Part shown: positions 10,502 through 20,535 of the stretch, in pieces
Layout: every line of letters starts with the position of its first letter
Numbering within the stretch: the stretch's first letter is position 1
Source: an uncultured delta proteobacterium
Lineage (GTDB): Bacteria > Desulfobacterota > Binatia > UBA9968
DNA length: 64,000 bases
Assembly (NCBI GenBank): GCA_963760795.1
Contig: CAVXEP010000018.1
Location: 1 to 64,000 of the forward strand
Reading direction: 5' to 3'
Translations under genes and position numbers: made by a program
The notes under the pieces: generated by a model
What the model was told of the DNA's origin: nothing
Database searches by the model: none
What the model saw: the letters and a program-made list of their open reading frames with translations, nothing else

Positions 10502-11142
10502 AATACGCGAGCAACATATTCAAGAATATGACCATTGCGATCATTGGTTGCGTAGTTGGCTGCGCAACTCCAATTGAGGTACGACAATTGGCCGACAAAA
10601 CAGCTGCAAACGTTGGGACCATTAGCATACATCTGCAACGCTTAGCCCTGAACAGCCGCGCGATATCTGAACTAAGAGCAGCTAACATTTCGCACCTTCA
10701 CGCCGTGAACACCGACTTGCGGTCCCGTTACGAATACGATGTCGAGTTAACGAGGAAATCAGGCGGTTCAGAGAACTTAACCTTTATTCCACAGATTGAA
10801 GCGTGGAAAAATAAAGTCCAGGAGATATTCGAAAAGGCAAAAGGAGTGCAAGCCGAACGGAAGCGACAAATTCTTGATGGTCAAATAAAGCTAGACACTA
10901 AATCTAAAGCTCTTGCAGAGGTTGCGCAATCATTAGCCACGATGGCCCAGGAAGATAAGCCTGCCGATCGCGTGCGCTTCCTAATAGGTTATGCACGCGA
11001 CGTCAACACCGAGCTAGATGTAGCTATCGAGGCGGACAACAAGGGAGCCAAAGCAGCGAAAGAACTCATAGATGCTGCATCATCTAACTTCAAGCCCAAA
11101 CCGAAAAGTAAAACAGAGGTGAAGGATGGCACAAAAAACTAA
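10498..11142 (+). CDS. Hypothetical helical lipoprotein (214 aa)
   Basis: ATGA overlap with upstream gene, GGAGG RBS, VVGC lipobox. Confidence 0.8.
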   Translation: MKYASNIFKNMTIAIIGCVVGCATPIEVRQLADKTAANVGTISIHLQRLALNSRAISELRAANISHLHAVNTDLRSRYEYDVELTRKSGGSENLTFIPQIEAWKNKVQEIFEKAKGVQAERKRQILDGQIKLDTKSKALAEVAQSLATMAQEDKPADRVRFLIGYARDVNTELDVAIEADNKGAKAAKELIDAASSNFKPKPKSKTEVKDGTKN

Positions 11143-11482
11143 CGACCCCATAATTACTCTGGAGCGTGCTTTGGCTCTTGTTTTCGACGCAATCGCTATC
11201 GCTCAAAAAGGTCTTCGCGCCAATCCGAGCAAAGAAGAAGAACGAAAGCTGATCAAGACGATCGCAAGATTGGAAATTGAAAGGACCGATCTCGAAGAGA
11301 TGATAGATGCGTTGGAGAATGAACCAACCGACGTTCCACCGCCCAGTCAGGCAGACGTTACCCGAATCGCTGAATTAACCGGACGGGTTGAGCGAGAAAC
11401 CCGACGGAACCTCACGGCGACAGGAGCCGTTGAGATTACCTCCGGGATCCTCGACCTAGCAATAAAATTGACTGGACAATGA
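11126..11482 (+). CDS. Hypothetical helical protein (118 aa)
   Basis: 17-bp overlap with upstream gene, GAGG RBS, amphipathic helices. Confidence 0.75.
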   Translation: MAQKTNDPIITLERALALVFDAIAIAQKGLRANPSKEEERKLIKTIARLEIERTDLEEMIDALENEPTDVPPPSQADVTRIAELTGRVERETRRNLTATGAVEITSGILDLAIKLTGQ

Positions 11483-12007
11483 TTAGAATTTTACTAGCCA
11501 AGAAACGGATTGTGGGGTCTAGCAACGGTGCATACATCCGCGTGATCGACGTTTAGCCACTGCCGGGCCACTGCAAAACCTTGAAACAAACCGCGCAGAA
11601 GTGTTAATCATTTACGCTAAGTGGATTTTAATGAGGGCGTCGGAGATCACTGTGAAAAATATGCAAAGTAAAATTGACGTCGTCATTGCTCCGCCCAATG
11701 GGGACAAACGAACAGCGTATATCAGTGCCTCTTCGAACGCCTTAGCTGGATCGAGAACAGAGTTGCCTCGCTTGGCGAAAAGCCGAGACCGCAGTTAAGG
11801 AAGCTCACAGCCAGCATCGTCCTGTTCGGTCACAACTGGAACGACGAACAAGTTCCGAAAGCTTAGAAACAAAACTCCGAATTGTTCGGATGGAAAGCAC
11901 CCGCGGCGCTTAGCTTCAAGTGGCAATGCGGTTGAGGAATCGCCGGAGTCTACAGTGCCTACTCGAATCATGCTACAACTTGAATCTCAAAGGGTAGAGG
12001 AGAGTCA

Positions 12008-12901
12008 TTGGGGCACATCGAGTTAGTCGTCATCTGGAAGCGTTCGGGCGCTTTCGCAGTCCAGACGCTGAAGGGTTTTCGTGCTAATCAGGGACTTCTC
12101 TTAGCCGGCGCCGTCGCTTACTACGCTCTTCTATCTATTGTTCCACTGCTCATTCTTACCGTCATCGCGCTCTCCTACATTATCGATCAGGCGGAATTGC
12201 TCCACACACTCGGGCGCTACTTGGAGTGGCTGATACCCGGGCAATCAAGATTGATCGTGGTTGAGCTGACCTACTTTCTTGACCATCGCGAAGTCATCGG
12301 CTGGCTGCTATTGGCGACGATGCTATTCTTCAGTTCCCTCGCATTCACGGTTTTGGAAAACGCGATGTCGGTAATTTTTGTTCACCGGGTCGCCATCCGC
12401 AGGCGCCATTTTCTCGTCTCCGCGCTAATTCCTTATTGCTACATCTTGTTTCTGGGACTCGGCATGCTGCTGGTCACACTCGTCTCCGGTAGCCTGCAAG
12501 CGATGGGGCAAGAAACCGTTGATTTCTTGGGGCGCAACTGGTCCCTTGGCGGCGTTTCTGGCGTGCTTCTCTATCTGCTCGGCTTCGCCGGAGAAATCTT
12601 CGTTGTCACGTCCATCTACCTTGTCATGCCGGTCGGGCGGCTGTCGCTGCGGCATGCGCTGATCGGCGGCGTCACGGCGGCAGTGCTTTGGGAGCTCACC
12701 CGCCATGGGCTCGTCTGGTACTTCGCCACTCTGTCGCAGGTCGGTCTAGTCTACGGATCACTGACGACGGCAATAGCGGTGTTGCTGAGCTTGGATCTCG
12801 CGGCGACATTGTTATTGCTAGGCGCCCAGGTGATCTCCGAATATGAGCGCGTCGGCAGCGTCGCCGAGGATACACCGCCGGACCCATTGAGCACCCATTA
12901 A
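12008..12901 (+). CDS. YihY/virulence factor BrkB family membrane protein
   Basis: AGAVAYYALLSIVPL and VYGSLT...LLLLGAQV motifs; multiple transmembrane segments. Confidence 0.9.
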   Translation: MGHIELVVIWKRSGAFAVQTLKGFRANQGLLLAGAVAYYALLSIVPLLILTVIALSYIIDQAELLHTLGRYLEWLIPGQSRLIVVELTYFLDHREVIGWLLLATMLFFSSLAFTVLENAMSVIFVHRVAIRRRHFLVSALIPYCYILFLGLGMLLVTLVSGSLQAMGQETVDFLGRNWSLGGVSGVLLYLLGFAGEIFVVTSIYLVMPVGRLSLRHALIGGVTAAVLWELTRHGLVWYFATLSQVGLVYGSLTTAIAVLLSLDLAATLLLLGAQVISEYERVGSVAEDTPPDPLSTH

Positions 12902-12962
12902 ACGCGGCTTTTTCACGTCGGCAAGTTCCAGTAAGCTAGACGCCATAAAAACAGCAACTACG

Positions 12963-13172
12963 CTACAGTGTCACCACTCGATCCTTGAGTTTCCCTTGGG
13001 CTGCTCGTTGTACGAGCTTGTCGATTCTAAGTTGCGCCTGATAGCCGATCTGCTCACGGTCGCATTCCTGGCACACTGTGCAGGGAATGTTGCGAATTTC
13101 AAGCAGGACGGTGTGTATGGTTGTCCGTCCCAGGTAGGTCTTCGATCCACACTGTGCGCATCGCCCGGGCAT
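12963..13172 (-). CDS. YgiT-type zinc-finger protein
   Basis: CAQC...IRNIPCTVCQEC pattern typical of YgiT/MqsA N-terminal zinc ribbons. Confidence 0.7.
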   Translation of the reverse strand: MPGRCAQCGSKTYLGRTTIHTVLLEIRNIPCTVCQECDREQIGYQAQLRIDKLVQRAAQGKLKDRVVTL

Positions 13173-13431
13173 TGATTTGTTGACTCTTACCAGCCTGATT
13201 CTTTTTCAACGCTTCGAAGAAAAGCAGGGCGAAACTTTTGGGTGACGGGCCGGCACTGATGACCTCAAGGTCGACGGAGGTTTTTGCGGCAACGCCTTAT
13301 TCAACGAGACATCTGCGGCGTACCAGACCCCGTGCGGGGCAACCTAAGATAGAAGACGTTCGTCACTCCGACACCCGGTTTCAGGGGCGAACGGAGCGTG
13401 TTAGTCCAAACGATATACTGCAGTCCGGTGG

Positions 13432-13689
13432 TTAGGCTTTGCTGGGACTCGAGTGCTCCGTATCCGGCCAAAAGTTGAGGGTGTGAAGAGCTTCGCGAAT
13501 CGGCTGGAGCAATTTGGCTTGCGGCCCGGGCATGCCTTCTTCCTCCGCGACTTCCATGGCCGTCGCGTCCTGTTCCCACCGCTGCAGGATTTCAATTTTT
13601 TGTTCGCGCGACAGCTCCTGGCATGAAGCGACTTCTTGAGGGTTCTTAAATCTGGATGCGGGATTGAACTTGGCTTTTTCGATATCCAT
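13432..13689 (-). CDS. Small hypothetical protein (85 aa)
   Basis: GGAGG RBS; protein-like sequence NPASRFKNPQEV...LSREQKIEILQRWEQD. Confidence 0.7.
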   Translation of the reverse strand: MDIEKAKFNPASRFKNPQEVASCQELSREQKIEILQRWEQDATAMEVAEEEGMPGPQAKLLQPIREALHTLNFWPDTEHSSPSKA

Positions 13690-14125
13690 TTTACTTCCTC
13701 CTGCTTGTTCTATTCCACGATGGAACCGACAATAACCGGTATCCCGGCCTTGAAGCGTGGCATCGTCTTTGACATCTTTTCTGATCCATCAAGACACTTT
13801 CCTGCCCTTGTATTATAGCCTAAGGTCCAAGCGGACTTCTGTTCAATAGGAGACACACATAGCGGGGCTTGCCGTCACTAATAATGTAACACGCGTTCCA
13901 ATCGTTCCAAATACGTGCAAAAACATTATTCCAGATTGAATCTGAATCGTCATGGCTGAAGTCGCTTAGTTGCTTGAGCTGAGGAAAGCCCGGACGGCGA
14001 ACTAAAATCCACCGGCGAGTTTTCGTGATCTCACGCGGCGGTTTGGCGAAGCCAGGCGCTGTCTAGCGTTTTATGCTAACGATGCTATTGTGCGCTTGGA
14101 TTAGCGGCACACATCGACACGCATC

Positions 14126-14776
14126 ATGACGGTTACAAACAATCGACGCATTCCATACTCGGTAAAGCTGCTCTACTCAGCCTTCGTGGCGATCGTCGTG
14201 CCGCTCTATTGGGTGACCTACAGCCCGTGGAACTTCCTTTATTTCTGCGATATCGCGCTGCTGGTCACGGCCGCGGCGATTTGGATGGAAAGTCCCCTGC
14301 TTATCAGTATGCAGGCGGTAGCGATCGTGGCGCCGCAGCTGTTATGGGTCGTCGACCTGCTATGTCGCGTCGTTGGCGGCGTGGAGATCACCGGCGTAAC
14401 CAGTTACATGCTGAATGAGAGCATCCCGCTATATCTCCGCGGGCTTTCGCTATTTCACGGATGGTTGCCGTTCCTCCTGCTGTGGTTGGTGTCGCGATTG
14501 GGTTACGATCGTCGAGCGCTCGTTCTCCAGTCCGCAGCCGCGATCGTGATCTTGTTGATTTCCTATCTTTTCGCTCCGGCGCCGCCGCCTTCCGCCACCG
14601 CTCCGAACCATGCGGTCAATATCAATTACGTCTACGGCTTCACTGACAAACAACCGCAAACTCTAATGGCGCCTTGGCTTTGGTTAATGTCTTTGATGGC
14701 GATCAACATTGTCGCATTCTACATACCGACTCATTTCGTATTCCGTCGAGTCTTTGCGACTACGGAGGTGGACTGA
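14126..14776 (+). CDS. Hypothetical integral membrane protein
   Basis: About 6 transmembrane segments; NFLYFCD, LSLFH and NINYVYG motifs look conserved. Confidence 0.8.
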   Translation: MTVTNNRRIPYSVKLLYSAFVAIVVPLYWVTYSPWNFLYFCDIALLVTAAAIWMESPLLISMQAVAIVAPQLLWVVDLLCRVVGGVEITGVTSYMLNESIPLYLRGLSLFHGWLPFLLLWLVSRLGYDRRALVLQSAAAIVILLISYLFAPAPPPSATAPNHAVNINYVYGFTDKQPQTLMAPWLWLMSLMAINIVAFYIPTHFVFRRVFATTEVD

Positions 14777-14916
14777 AGCTAGTGAGACAAATAAGCAAGC
14801 AAATGCGAGATAGAACCCGATCGTTTCAGCCGTGCAAGACTGTGGAAACAGCTATTTTTCGCCGGCTCTTTAATGGGAAATCTCTAACCTCCGGCGCTCA
14901 GGACATCGAGTTGCAC

Positions 14917-14950
14917 AAAAAAAGGGAGGCACCCCGACCAGATGCCTCCC
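14917..14950 (-). terminator. Rho-independent terminator of the RRM gene
   Basis: GGGAGGCA/TGCCTCCC stem followed by T7 on the minus strand. Confidence 0.85.
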
Positions 14951-14980
14951 CCACTCTCAATTACTTATGTAACGAGAAAA

Positions 14981-15307
14981 CTACCAGCGGTTACGGCCGC
15001 CGTCGCGATCACCGCCACGGCCTCCTCCGCCGCCACCACCGCCGAAGTTATCGCGCTTGACCATCGGCTTGGCTTCATTGACGGTCAAGCTGCGCCCTTC
15101 GAATTGCGTGCCGTTGAGCGCCTGGATGGCGGCCTGCGCCTCGTTGCTCGACGACATTTCGACAAAGCCGAAACCCCGCGATTGTCCAGTGAACTTATCC
15201 GAGATCACGTTGGCCGAGTCTACCGTGCCATGTGCCGCGAAAAGTTCCGATAAACGCCCTTCGGTAACCGAATAAGGCAAACCACCGACATATAATTTAC
15301 TACCCAT
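14981..15307 (-). CDS. RNA-binding protein (RRM, Gly-rich tail)
   Basis: RNP2 KLYVGGL, RNP1 RGFGFVEM, GGGG tail; GGAGG RBS. Confidence 0.96.
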   Translation of the reverse strand: MGSKLYVGGLPYSVTEGRLSELFAAHGTVDSANVISDKFTGQSRGFGFVEMSSSNEAQAAIQALNGTQFEGRSLTVNEAKPMVKRDNFGGGGGGGGRGGDRDGGRNRW

Positions 15308-15508
15308 GTTGTCCTCCTATGAGACAGTGTTGAAGTCTGTGATCCTGAGAATCTAACTGCTAAAGAGGCAGAAACTGGGCCCGTAAAAAACTAAAACCCT
15401 GCTCTGGTCGGATGGTCATTTAGAAATTGCTATCAGAGGATAGAGACGGAAAGAAGCCTTCATATTTTTCGGTCCTCTCAGAAGGCCATATACTGAAGAA
15501 GATGATTC

Positions 15509-15537
15509 ACAGTACGGGTTACTCGCCGTGAAGTCAA
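15509..15537 (-). promoter_or_regulatory. Putative sigma70 promoter of the RRM gene
   Basis: Minus strand TTGACT-N17-TACTGT. Confidence 0.55.
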
Positions 15538-15693
15538 CCACCGCTGGCAAAATAGCAAAAATATAAATTCGGCCGATATTTTACCGAGAAAATCGCAAGC
15601 CCAGTTTTTCAGCGCCGCGGCAACCCTAATCACATCTTGACTCCCACCCGCACCTATTAGAGAATCCGGCAAAATCCACTCAAGGAGATTTGC

Positions 15694-16668
15694 ATGATTA
15701 CTTCCAACGATCTCAAGGGCATCATGACCATGATGCCGGCGTTTACCAAGAAGGATGGCGATCGGATTGACGCGACGGATACGGTCGATACCGACGAACT
15801 GACTCGCACCGTCGATAAAATTATTAGCGACGGCGGTTGCAACGTGCTGACGACCACCGGCAGTTTCGGCGAGTTTCATACGCTGCTCTGGGACGAGCAT
15901 AAGAAGCTGATCGAGGCCACCGTAGCGGCGAACAAGCAGCGCGTGCCGTTGTTTATCGGCTGTACCAATTTGAATCCGCGCGAGGCGATCCGCCAGGCCA
16001 AGTTCGCTCAAGACGCCGGGGCTGACGGCGTGCTGCTCGGCGTGCCCTTCTATTATCAAGCGAGCGTCGATAACGCGGTGCAGTTTTACCACGACGTCGC
16101 CGACGCATTGCCGAAGATGGGCGTGATGATCTACCACAACCCAACCCATCATCGCGTGACGATCCCGGTAAGCGCGTTTAAAAAGCTCACCGAGAAGCCC
16201 AACATCGTCGCCATGAAGGACAGCCACCGCACGCCGCTGCAATTTGTCGAGTTGACCAACATCACCAAGGGCAAGATGAGCCTCTTCGTCAACCAGACGC
16301 AGATGTATCCGTATTACCAAATGGGCGCGGCGGGCTGCTGGTCGTTCAATGTCTGGATGGGACCTTCACCGGTGATGACTTTGCGCGATGCTTGCGTGGC
16401 CCAGAACTGGGAGCTCGCCAAGCAAATTTGTCTCGATCTCGAAGGCGTCAACCGCGTTGGCCCCAACATCGGCAATCTCGTCTGGCGCGAAAACGTTTTC
16501 AAACTGGCCGTCAACGAAGCCGACTACTGCACCGCCGGGCCGCTGCGCGCGCCCTGGCGAGTTGTTCCCGACGAGGTCAAAGACAATAGCAAGAAGATCG
16601 CGGCTTACTGGAAAACCTTGTGCGCCAAGTATCCGATGATTAAAGAGGCTGCGCGCAAGTCGGCATAG
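15694..16668 (+). CDS. DHDPS-family aldolase, NahE/PhdJ-like hydratase-aldolase
   Basis: GSFGEFHTLLWDE, RVPLFIG..LNPRE.IRQ, LGVP, AVQFYHDVADALP and AGPLRAPW parallel NahE; Schiff-base Lys in AMKD. Confidence 0.82.
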   Translation: MITSNDLKGIMTMMPAFTKKDGDRIDATDTVDTDELTRTVDKIISDGGCNVLTTTGSFGEFHTLLWDEHKKLIEATVAANKQRVPLFIGCTNLNPREAIRQAKFAQDAGADGVLLGVPFYYQASVDNAVQFYHDVADALPKMGVMIYHNPTHHRVTIPVSAFKKLTEKPNIVAMKDSHRTPLQFVELTNITKGKMSLFVNQTQMYPYYQMGAAGCWSFNVWMGPSPVMTLRDACVAQNWELAKQICLDLEGVNRVGPNIGNLVWRENVFKLAVNEADYCTAGPLRAPWRVVPDEVKDNSKKIAAYWKTLCAKYPMIKEAARKSA

Positions 16669-16713
16669 CTATTCGTTCAAGGTTCAAGGGTTCAAAAGTT
16701 CAACGTCAGAGTC

Positions 16714-16749
16714 GAAGCCCCTCGGTTCAAACCGGGGGGCTTCTTTTTT
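16714..16749 (+). terminator. Rho-independent terminator
   Basis: GAAGCCCCTCGG/CCGGGGGGCTTC stem followed by a T-tract. Confidence 0.85.
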
Positions 16750-16863
16750 GTTGTCGCAGTCTAGCCTGACCAAGACCCCTATTACCTTATTACCTGCTGG
16801 ACCTTCGCCCTAATTTCGTTATAAATGAAAGCATTGAGCCAAACCCAATCAGAGGGAGAATAT

Positions 16864-17954
16864 ATGAGTACCGCACAAAAAATTATCGACGGCGACGGCC
16901 ATGTGGTCGAGGACATCGCGTCGATCGTCAAGTACATGCCACAGGAGTATGTCGCCCGGAGCTTTTCCGAAGCGCGCGGCAAGAACCCCTTTCCGCCCAT
17001 CGACCATCTCCATTCGGCGAACCGCCACATCACGCCGCCGGGCGCCTTCGCCAACGTCGGCCGCGAGGGCTGGGAGCTGTTTCTTGAAGATGTCGGTATC
17101 GGCACCACGGTGCTCTACACCAGCGCCGGTCTCGCCTTCGGCAAGATCGTCAGCCGCGACTGGGCCATCGAGCTGGCGCGCGCCTATAACAATTGGCTGC
17201 ACGATACCTATCTCTCGAAGAGCCCACGCTTCAAGGCGATGGGCTTGATCCCGCTGCAAGATCCGACGGAAGCGGTGATCGAGTTGCGCCGGATCGTCCG
17301 CGATCTTGGGTTTCTCCGGCGCCATGCTGCCCTCCATGGGCGTCAACATGCCGCATTTGGGCTCGCAGAAATATTGGCCGATTTACGGCGAGGCGGAAAG
17401 ACTGGGCTGCGCCATCGCCATCCACGGCGGCGCCCATGAGAATTTGTTGATGGACGACATGAGCCCCTACGCGGTGCCCAACGCGCTCGGCCATCCGATG
17501 AGCCAGATGATCGCCTTCGCCGGCATTATCTTCAACGGCATCTTCGACAAATTCCCCGGCCTGCGCATCGGTTTCATGGAAGCCGGCTGTGCCTGGCTGC
17601 TCACCTGCATGGAGCGCTTCAACGGTTCCTGGGCGAGCCACGTGCAGCACGATCCGCGCGGCCGTTTCTTGCAGTTGAAGAAAGGCGAGAAGATCATCGA
17701 CTATATCAACCGTCACATCGACGAAGGACGCATCTTCGTCGGCTGCGAAGGGGAAGAACTGAGCATCAGCGAAGCCGTGCGTATCACCGGCAACAAGCCC
17801 TATCTTTTCTCCACCGACTATCCCCATGAAGTCGATGCCGCAGACCTGCAAGCATGAGCTCGAAGAGCTGCGCGAGAACCCGAATCTCAAACCGGCGGAC
17901 AAGGACGCAATCCTGTTCGGCAACTCGAAGAGGTTTTATCAGTTGGCGAATTGA
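16864..17954 (+). CDS. Amidohydrolase_2 family protein, frameshifted at ~17310 and ~17840
   Basis: IDGDGHV, AIHGG, GHP, FMEAG, STDYPHE motifs spread over three frames. Confidence 0.85.
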
Positions 17955-17972
17955 CCCGCTCGCCGCGAGCGG

Positions 17973-18043
17973 GTCGTTCTGAGCGCCTGCGAAGGACTCG
18001 ACGTTAGACAAGATTCTTCGTCGCTGCGCTTCTCAGAATGACG
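17973..18043. repeat. REP-like imperfect inverted repeat (GTCGTTCTGAG...CTCAGAATGAC)
   Basis: Imperfect palindrome between the paralogous amidohydrolase genes. Confidence 0.65.
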
Positions 18044-18078
18044 ATCTTGGCAAGGACCAGCTTTTAGGAGAGAAAGCC

Positions 18079-19171
18079 ATGAGCACACAAGAAGCACAAA
18101 ATCATCGACGGCGACGGCCATGTGGTGGAAGATCATTCGGCGATCGCCGGGCGCATGCCGGAAATTTATCGCGACCGCTTCGGCTCGAGCCGCAGCCCCT
18201 ATCCGCCCAACGACCACTTGCACTCGGCCAACGCCCACACTTTACCTCCCGGCGCCTTCGCTAAAGTCGGCCGCGAAGGCTGGATCGACTTCATGGACGA
18301 TGTCGGCTTGACCAGCACCGTGCTCTACCCGACCAATGGTTTGTCCTTCGGCCGCGTCGTCAGTCTCGACTGGGCGATCGAGCTGGCCCATGCCTACAAC
18401 GATTGGATGCATGACGAATACCTTAGCAAAAGTTCGCGCTTTCAGGCCTTGAGCCTGATCCCGCTACAGGAACCGCCGGAAGCGGTGAAAGAGCTGCGCC
18501 GTAGCGTAAAAGAACTCGGCTTCTGCGGCGCCATGCTGCCCAGCACCGGCGTCGCCGGCGCGCAGAATCATCTCGGCGATGAAAAGTATTGGCCGATCTA
18601 TGAAGAGGCCAATCGTCTCGGCTGTTGCATCGGCATTCACGGCGGCGTCCACGATAATATGGGACTCGACGACATGACACCCTATGCGCCGGTCAATGCG
18701 CTGGGCCATCCCTTCGGCCAGATGGTCAATTTTTCAGGGATTCTGTTCAACGGCGTGTTCGACAAGTATCCCAAAGTCCGCTTCGGTTTCATGGAAGCCG
18801 GCGCCGGTTGGTTCGTCAACTGTATCGAGCGGCTGGAGCGTGCCTGGAACAGCCATGTGCAATATGACCCGCGCGGCCGGTTTTTAAAACTGAGAGAAAA
18901 AGAATCGATCACCGACTACATCAAGCGCCATGTCGACGAAGACCGCATCTTCGTCGGTGTCGAAGGCGACGAGCTGACCTTGCCGTTCGCGGTCAGCGTG
19001 GTCGGCAATAAGCCGTTTGTCTTCTCGTCGGACTTTCCGCACGAGGTCAATAACGAAACCTGCAAGGAAGAACTCGAAGAGCTGGACGAAAACCCGCGGC
19101 TCACGAAAGACGACAAAGACGGTGTGCGCTACCGTAACGCCGAGCGCTTCTACGGCCTGCCGGCGAACTAA
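18079..19171 (+). CDS. Amidohydrolase_2 family protein (tandem paralog), frameshift at ~18090
   Basis: IDGDGHV, IHGG, FMEAG, SSDFPHE motifs. Confidence 0.88.
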
Positions 19172-19182
19172 GAAAACCCGGC

Positions 19183-19308
19183 ACGTTCCAATCGTTCAAA
19201 ACGTTCAAGCCGTTCAAAACGTTGACGGGAACGATTCGCAATCGGATACTAACCGCAAAGCATGCCCTGAGCACAACACCTTCCCTCTCCCGCAAGCGGG
19301 CGAGGGTT
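19183..19308. repeat. Composite spacer: CGTTC(A/C)ANN nonamer tandem plus CCCTCTCCC...GAGGG hairpin
   Basis: cgttccaat cgttcaaaa cgttcaagc cgttcaaaa cgtt; ccctctcccgcaagcgggcgaggg. Confidence 0.8.
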
Positions 19309-19329
19309 CAGATTTTAGGGAACTTATTT

Positions 19330-20319
19330 GTGAAAAATGCCACGCAAACAATTCTACTTCTCGGCACGCTGGTTATTTCGTTTTTCGCGACCACTGCGAT
19401 CAATGCTCAATCCCTAACCAACTTCCGCATCGCCAACGGCACCAGCGGCGAAAACCCCGCGGTGCTCTGGGTCGGCGTCGAGCTGGGTTTTTACCGCAAA
19501 CACGGCTTGAACGTTGAGGTCATCTACATGCGCGTCGGATCGCTCGCCGCATCGGCATTGTTGTCCGGAGATGTGAATGCGGTCCTGACCAGCTCCAACG
19601 CCGTGTTGAATCTCGCCGCCGGAGGCTTGGATGTAGTGATCATCGGCTCACTGTTCCAACGCCCCGAAGGTGACTTCATGGCGCGCCCCGAGTTCAAGAG
19701 ACCGGAGGATCTCAAGGGCAAATTGGTTGCGATCCAGAGTATCGGCGGCGGCGGTTGGGCGAACAATATCCTGGCCTTGGATTACCTTGGCCTCGATCCC
19801 GACCGCGACAACATCCGTTTCATCGTGCTCGGCGATCAGCCTTCGCGCATCCAAGCACTCGAAACCGGCCGTGCCCAAGCCTCCTGGATGGGCTCGACCT
19901 TCAGCGCGCCGCTCAAGAAAAAGGGCTACACGCTGCTGGTCGATTTAAGCCGCGCGCCGATCCCCTACGTTGGCTCGTCCTTGGTGGTCAAAAAGAGCAT
20001 CGCGCATCAGGAACCGAGAACCTACGAAGCGTTGCTCAAAGGTACTATCGATTCGCTGCGGTTCTTTCAAAAACCGGAAAACAAATCGGTCGTACTAAAG
20101 ACCATGGCAAAGCATCTCAGGCTCAACCGCGTCGAAGACGCTGAAACCGGCTACCACGCGATGGTAGCGGCTTACAGCAGCGATTTGACGCCTAAACCTG
20201 AAGGCCTGCAAAAAATCTACTCCATTCTGACCCGAACCAATGCCAAGCTCTCAACGTTGAAGCCTGAATCGATTCTTGACGCCACATTTATACAGAGAAT
20301 CCAGTCGAGCGGTTACTAA
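19330..20319 (+). CDS. ABC transporter substrate-binding protein (NMT1/SsuA-like)
   Basis: Signal peptide, GFYRKHGLNVE, EDLKGKLVAI. Confidence 0.85.
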   Translation: MKNATQTILLLGTLVISFFATTAINAQSLTNFRIANGTSGENPAVLWVGVELGFYRKHGLNVEVIYMRVGSLAASALLSGDVNAVLTSSNAVLNLAAGGLDVVIIGSLFQRPEGDFMARPEFKRPEDLKGKLVAIQSIGGGGWANNILALDYLGLDPDRDNIRFIVLGDQPSRIQALETGRAQASWMGSTFSAPLKKKGYTLLVDLSRAPIPYVGSSLVVKKSIAHQEPRTYEALLKGTIDSLRFFQKPENKSVVLKTMAKHLRLNRVEDAETGYHAMVAAYSSDLTPKPEGLQKIYSILTRTNAKLSTLKPESILDATFIQRIQSSGY

Positions 20320-20535
20320 ACTTGTCGCGACAAAGCCGGGACCATGCAGCGAGCGGATTTCAGCATCGAGGGCACAGCGCGACAGAACCGCAACCGAAAC
20401 TCGGATTATCGCTCGCAAAGGCCGGAGCATAACGGCAAGATTCACGCTCAAAACTCTTAGTCTTTTCTCTTCGAACTTGGCCACTTTGCGCCTTGGCGGG
20501 AAAAATTCTTCGTGTTTAACCAGAGAGGAGGATTC

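Noticed and set aside
11601-11798. 65-aa ORF as a fourth island gene
   Set aside because: No RBS or protein-like features; lies in a probable boundary region
13222-13290. GGGCGAAAC...GTGAC...CTGATGA segment suggestive of a c-di-GMP-I or fluoride riboswitch, or a hammerhead
   Set aside because: It lacks GACGCAAAG and the hammerhead GAAA core, and there is no downstream gene on that strand
13960-14120. GAGGAAAGCCCGG resembling the 5' conserved motif of RNase P RNA
   Set aside because: It mismatches GAGGAAAGTCC, there is no 3' ACAGAA.CCGGC motif, and there is too little room before the next CDS
19183-19225. Nonamer tandem repeats as a possible CRISPR array
   Set aside because: Units are 9 bp with no unique spacers, and there are no cas genes
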